Assembly: GCA_964019335.1 (NCBI GenBank)
Contig: OZ025702.1
Location: 455,751-519,750, forward strand
DNA length: 64,000 bases
Reading direction: 5' to 3'
Source: Diplonema japonicum
Lineage: Eukaryota; Protista; Euglenozoa: Diplonemea
Made by a program: the position numbers and the translations under genes. Of this stretch, positions 60,959 to 64,000 are shown piece by piece. How positions within the stretch are numbered: position 1 is the first letter of the stretch; every line of letters starts with the position of its first letter. Below the pieces are notes generated by a model. It was not told where the DNA came from. It saw only the letters and a list, made by a program, of their open reading frames with translations, and ran no database searches.

Positions 60959-63900
60959 ATGGGTGGAGCTAGGGACCCCAATTCGCTCACAATCACAACT
61001 CTCAATGTGGGGTCCCTGAGCAATAAGGTGGACGAGGTGTTGGCCATGGAGAGCGACATCTCGTGCTTGCAGGAAGTGAAGCTGACCGCACACGGACAAC
61101 ACATGATTGGGAGGCATGTTGAGGACAACGGCAGGTATCGTGCGCTGTGGGGAAACCCACAGCCCGGTATCGTGGTCGATGGACTTGCTGCTCCCGACAA
61201 AGCACAAAGAGGTGGAGTCGGCATACTAGTACAGCGGTGCAGGCCGGCGATAGTCAAAGCAGTCGCTTCGATGGACGACGGCAACAGGTGGGTCCATGCT
61301 ATGATCAACTTGGACGGACGAGACATGTGGCTCCACCTCATTGTGGTATATTGCCACTCGGGAAGTTACGGCAAACACCAGCGTGAGACACTTTTGAACA
61401 AGGTGCTGAACGAGATGAGATGTGCCCTGGGAGATGTTCCTATCATCGTCGCGGGGGACCTAAACACCGAGGTGTCGCAATCAGGTGTACTACAGCAGGC
61501 GGTTGGGTGTGACTGGGTGGATGCAGCAGCAATGCAGGCCGAGAAAGACGGGGTAAGGCCGAGCCACACCTTTGTGAGGAGAGCCACTGACACAAAGACA
61601 CGCATCGACTACGTCTTGATGAACCCGATCGCTGCGGCGGGACTACAGAAGGCGTGGGTCCACGACACGGTGTATACCAACGAACACAGATGCCTCTCCA
61701 TCAAACTGTGTATCCCTACTCTCAAGAGCAAGACACGCAAGTACTTCATCCCGAAGGAACTGCCGGTGTCGACTGCTAGTGATGACCACGTGATTGAGCT
61801 GCTACAGGCGGAGAGATTCATCCAAAAACTTGAGGACATCGACGGCGCATACCGTGTGCTGGCTGACGTCTCGGAAAGACACTGCATCACAGGCGTGCCG
61901 ATGGAGCAACAGAAGACTTTCCGAGGGAGGGGCGAGGAGCGCAAACCCAAGGAGAAATGCCTGTCGGCCAAGTCTGTAAAGGAAGCCACGGGCGCAGCGG
62001 TGGGTAGACAGAAGTCGATTGCCTGTTTGCAGAGGAAGCTTGCACACATCAGCGCGGAAATCCAGGTGATGATTGACAAGGGACAAGTGTGCAACATGCC
62101 AGTAGTTCTGTTGAAGACTTGGGCGAATGCTCTGAGTTTGCTGGAGAAACTGCCGAACCCTCCAGTGTTTGATAGGAACTTGCTGAAGGATGACCTGGAG
62201 TCGATTGTCACCAGACTTCAACTGCTAGACGACAACCTCTCCTCGCTACTACGCGAGATCGCAAAGGACACGAGAGTGGAGCGGGAGAAGAAGTACGAGG
62301 CGAGGATCAACACCCAGTTCCAGGAGGAGCGGAGGGGGATGACCGCCTTTGTGAAAAACACTTCTACGTCAGCGGCGCAGGCAGTGGAGAGCGGCGGAGT
62401 GCTGACCGCAGACCTCGACGAGATGGACAGGATGATGCACGCGGAATGGGACGGCGTGCTCCAGATGTACGGTGAAGGGCATGAAGAACCATCGTACGAG
62501 GCCTTCAAGGCTAGATACGGGCCATACATCTCGACGCATGACATGGTGCTCCAGCCACTGACAGGGGCTGATCTGAGAGCAGTTCTGGCCAAGAAATCGA
62601 CGAGGACAGCACCGGGAGTTGATGGGTGGAGGATGGCAGAACTTCGCGCTATGCCAAATGTATTGTTGGATGCGTGGGCGATGCTCTTCAACGCCATCGA
62701 GGTGACAGGGAAGTGGCCGAAGGCACTCCTGACGGCGTTGGTTACGCTGATCCCGAAGGGAGGCGAGAGGACTCCGCTCAACCACCGCCCCATCACAGTC
62801 ACGAGTGCGGTCTACAGACTGTGGGCCTGTGCCAGGTTGCGTGATATATCGCCATGGCAAGAGAAATGGGCGGACGACTCGCAGCATGGTTTTCGACCAC
62901 GTCACGGGACGGACAGCATCCTGATGGAGCTCAGCACGCAGCTGGAGACGGCGATGCTGACCAACACCCCTCTTAACGGCATAGCACTGGACTTCGTCAA
63001 GTGCTTCGACAGGGTGCCACAGAAAGTAGCGTTCGGGCTTATGCAAGACCTGGGTTTGCACCAGAGGATACTGACCCCGCTCAAAGCGATGTACGCAGGC
63101 CTCAAAAGACGTTTCCGCTTCCCTACTGGCGTGGGTTCCGAGTTCCACGTGACAAATGGAATTCTCCAAGGGTGTCCAATCTCCGTCATCCTGGTGAACG
63201 CTCTGGTGTCAGTGATGGTGAAGTGCGTGATTGCTGAGGTACCTGGCTCGCGATCGCTGTCGTACGCGGACGACGCGTACCTACTTGCGCGTTTGGTCGA
63301 GGTACTCAAGAGAGCGACCAACAAAACAATCGAGTTTTGCGAGCGGACAGGCATGCGCCTTAACGAAAACAAGTCACAAGCATTCTCGACGAAGGATGAG
63401 ATCGGCCCTTGGTTGAAGTGCACAGGCTCATCGTTCAGAGTGACGAAGGGGATCAAGGCGCTTGGCGTGATCCTGAACATGAACGGGAAACATAGTTTGG
63501 ACAAGCTACATTCCGCCGAAGGCCGTTTGTCCCGGCTTGGTGCATTGCCATTAAGCTTCGGGAACAAGGCGTCAATGCTGACGGGCACTGTGCTACCATC
63601 CTGTCTATACGGTACGACCTACGCTGCGCCGTCTGACAACCAGCTGAAGAAGCTCTGTACAGCGACGGTGACTTCCCTGTGGGGACCGCGCTTCAGGATG
63701 AGATCCCCGATGGCTGTGCTCAATGTGCTGTTACCTGGACACACAGCATATCCACAAGCGAAGATTGTTTACAACACGGTGAACTGCCTGGTGCGAGAAA
63801 GCCTCACCTCCCCACAACTGTGGCAGCGAGTCAATGAGATTGTTACACTGTACCGGGAGCGAGAGGACGACGAGGAGAGGGGGCCGCTAGGGGTCTTGCT

Positions 63901-64000
63901 GAAGAGGTGGCTACCCTTCCTGAACAAGGGGTGGTCCTTCATTGAAGGTTTGCGCGCTCTGGTGCCCAGTGCGAGACGCCATGAAGTAAGACAGGCGATC
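60959..64000 (+). CDS. L-C ORF2: AP endonuclease + reverse transcriptase (open to window end, so absent from the ORF track)
   Basis: Manual translation: MGGARDPNSLTITTLNVGSL...CLQEV, GDLN, RIDYVL; RT LDFVKCFDRV, GILQGCPIS, SYADD (63260-63274) in the same frame. Confidence 0.92.
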   Translation, partial: MGGARDPNSLTITTLNVGSLSNKVDEVLAMESDISCLQEVKLTAHGQHMIGRHVEDNGRYRALWGNPQPGIVVDGLAAPDKAQRGGVGILVQRCRPAIVKAVASMDDGNRWVHAMINLDGRDMWLHLIVVYCHSGSYGKHQRETLLNKVLNEMRCALGDVPIIVAGDLNTEVSQSGVLQQAVGCDWVDAAAMQAEKDGVRPSHTFVRRATDTKTRIDYVLMNPIAAAGLQKAWVHDTVYTNEHRCLSIKLCIPTLKSKTRKYFIPKELPVSTASDDHVIELLQAERFIQKLEDIDGAYRVLADVSERHCITGVPMEQQKTFRGRGEERKPKEKCLSAKSVKEATGAAVGRQKSIACLQRKLAHISAEIQVMIDKGQVCNMPVVLLKTWANALSLLEKLPNPPVFDRNLLKDDLESIVTRLQLLDDNLSSLLREIAKDTRVEREKKYEARINTQFQEERRGMTAFVKNTSTSAAQAVESGGVLTADLDEMDRMMHAEWDGVLQMYGEGHEEPSYEAFKARYGPYISTHDMVLQPLTGADLRAVLAKKSTRTAPGVDGWRMAELRAMPNVLLDAWAMLFNAIEVTGKWPKALLTALVTLIPKGGERTPLNHRPITVTSAVYRLWACARLRDISPWQEKWADDSQHGFRPRHGTDSILMELSTQLETAMLTNTPLNGIALDFVKCFDRVPQKVAFGLMQDLGLHQRILTPLKAMYAGLKRRFRFPTGVGSEFHVTNGILQGCPISVILVNALVSVMVKCVIAEVPGSRSLSYADDAYLLARLVEVLKRATNKTIEFCERTGMRLNENKSQAFSTKDEIGPWLKCTGSSFRVTKGIKALGVILNMNGKHSLDKLHSAEGRLSRLGALPLSFGNKASMLTGTVLPSCLYGTTYAAPSDNQLKKLCTATVTSLWGPRFRMRSPMAVLNVLLPGHTAYPQAKIVYNTVNCLVRESLTSPQLWQRVNEIVTLYREREDDEERGPLGVLLKRWLPFLNKGWSFIEGLRALVPSARRHEVRQAI

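Larger units (their letters stand above)
58579..64000 (+). mobile_element. Non-LTR retrotransposon (copy L-C) with OTU-containing ORF1 and APE-RT ORF2; runs off the window end
   Basis: Starts immediately after the T13 tail of L-B; ORF1 and ORF2 homologous to L-A. Confidence 0.92.

Noticed and set aside
1-64000. tRNA, rRNA, spliced-leader RNA genes, CRISPR arrays or prokaryotic operons
   Set aside because: None recognised by eye; isolated GTTCGA matches lack cloverleaf context. tRNAscan-SE and Infernal would be needed to exclude small RNAs

Overview
Eukaryotic nuclear DNA, most likely a euglenozoan such as a diplonemid. This is an inference from 20 host genes all on the + strand (polycistronic-style), U/A homopolymer-rich spacers, tiny GT-AG introns and an HDPY/CCCH protein. 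Host genes include a Cys-rich membrane protein, an acylated Fic-domain protein, a Ubl-PUF protein, ShK-prolyl 4-hydroxylase, an EF-hand/WD40 protein, an RCC1-repeat membrane protein, a multidomain poly(A) polymerase-like protein, a histidine phosphatase, a tandem kinesin pair, PDE12-like nuclease and UDP-glucuronate 4-epimerase. Mobile elements are two decayed piggyBac transposons and three copies of one divergent non-LTR retrotransposon group (8766-14438, 56729-58565, 58579->64000); two of these retain APE and RT, the third only the ORF2 C-terminus. The best candidate for an undescribed system is this LINE group. All copies begin at sense-strand oligo(T) tracts, and the two visible 3' ends have a stem-loop plus T-run instead of poly(A). 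Related copies separate ORF1 from EN-RT differently: one uses an AUGA stop-start overlap followed by a 2A-like DVHPNPGP peptide, the other carries an OTU cysteine protease in ORF1 with a single in-frame UGA and a di-glycine motif just before the endonuclease. Also notable is a tandem kinesin pair that is near-identical except for the loop-8 insert, the neck and two introns. All domain calls are by eye; no searches were run.
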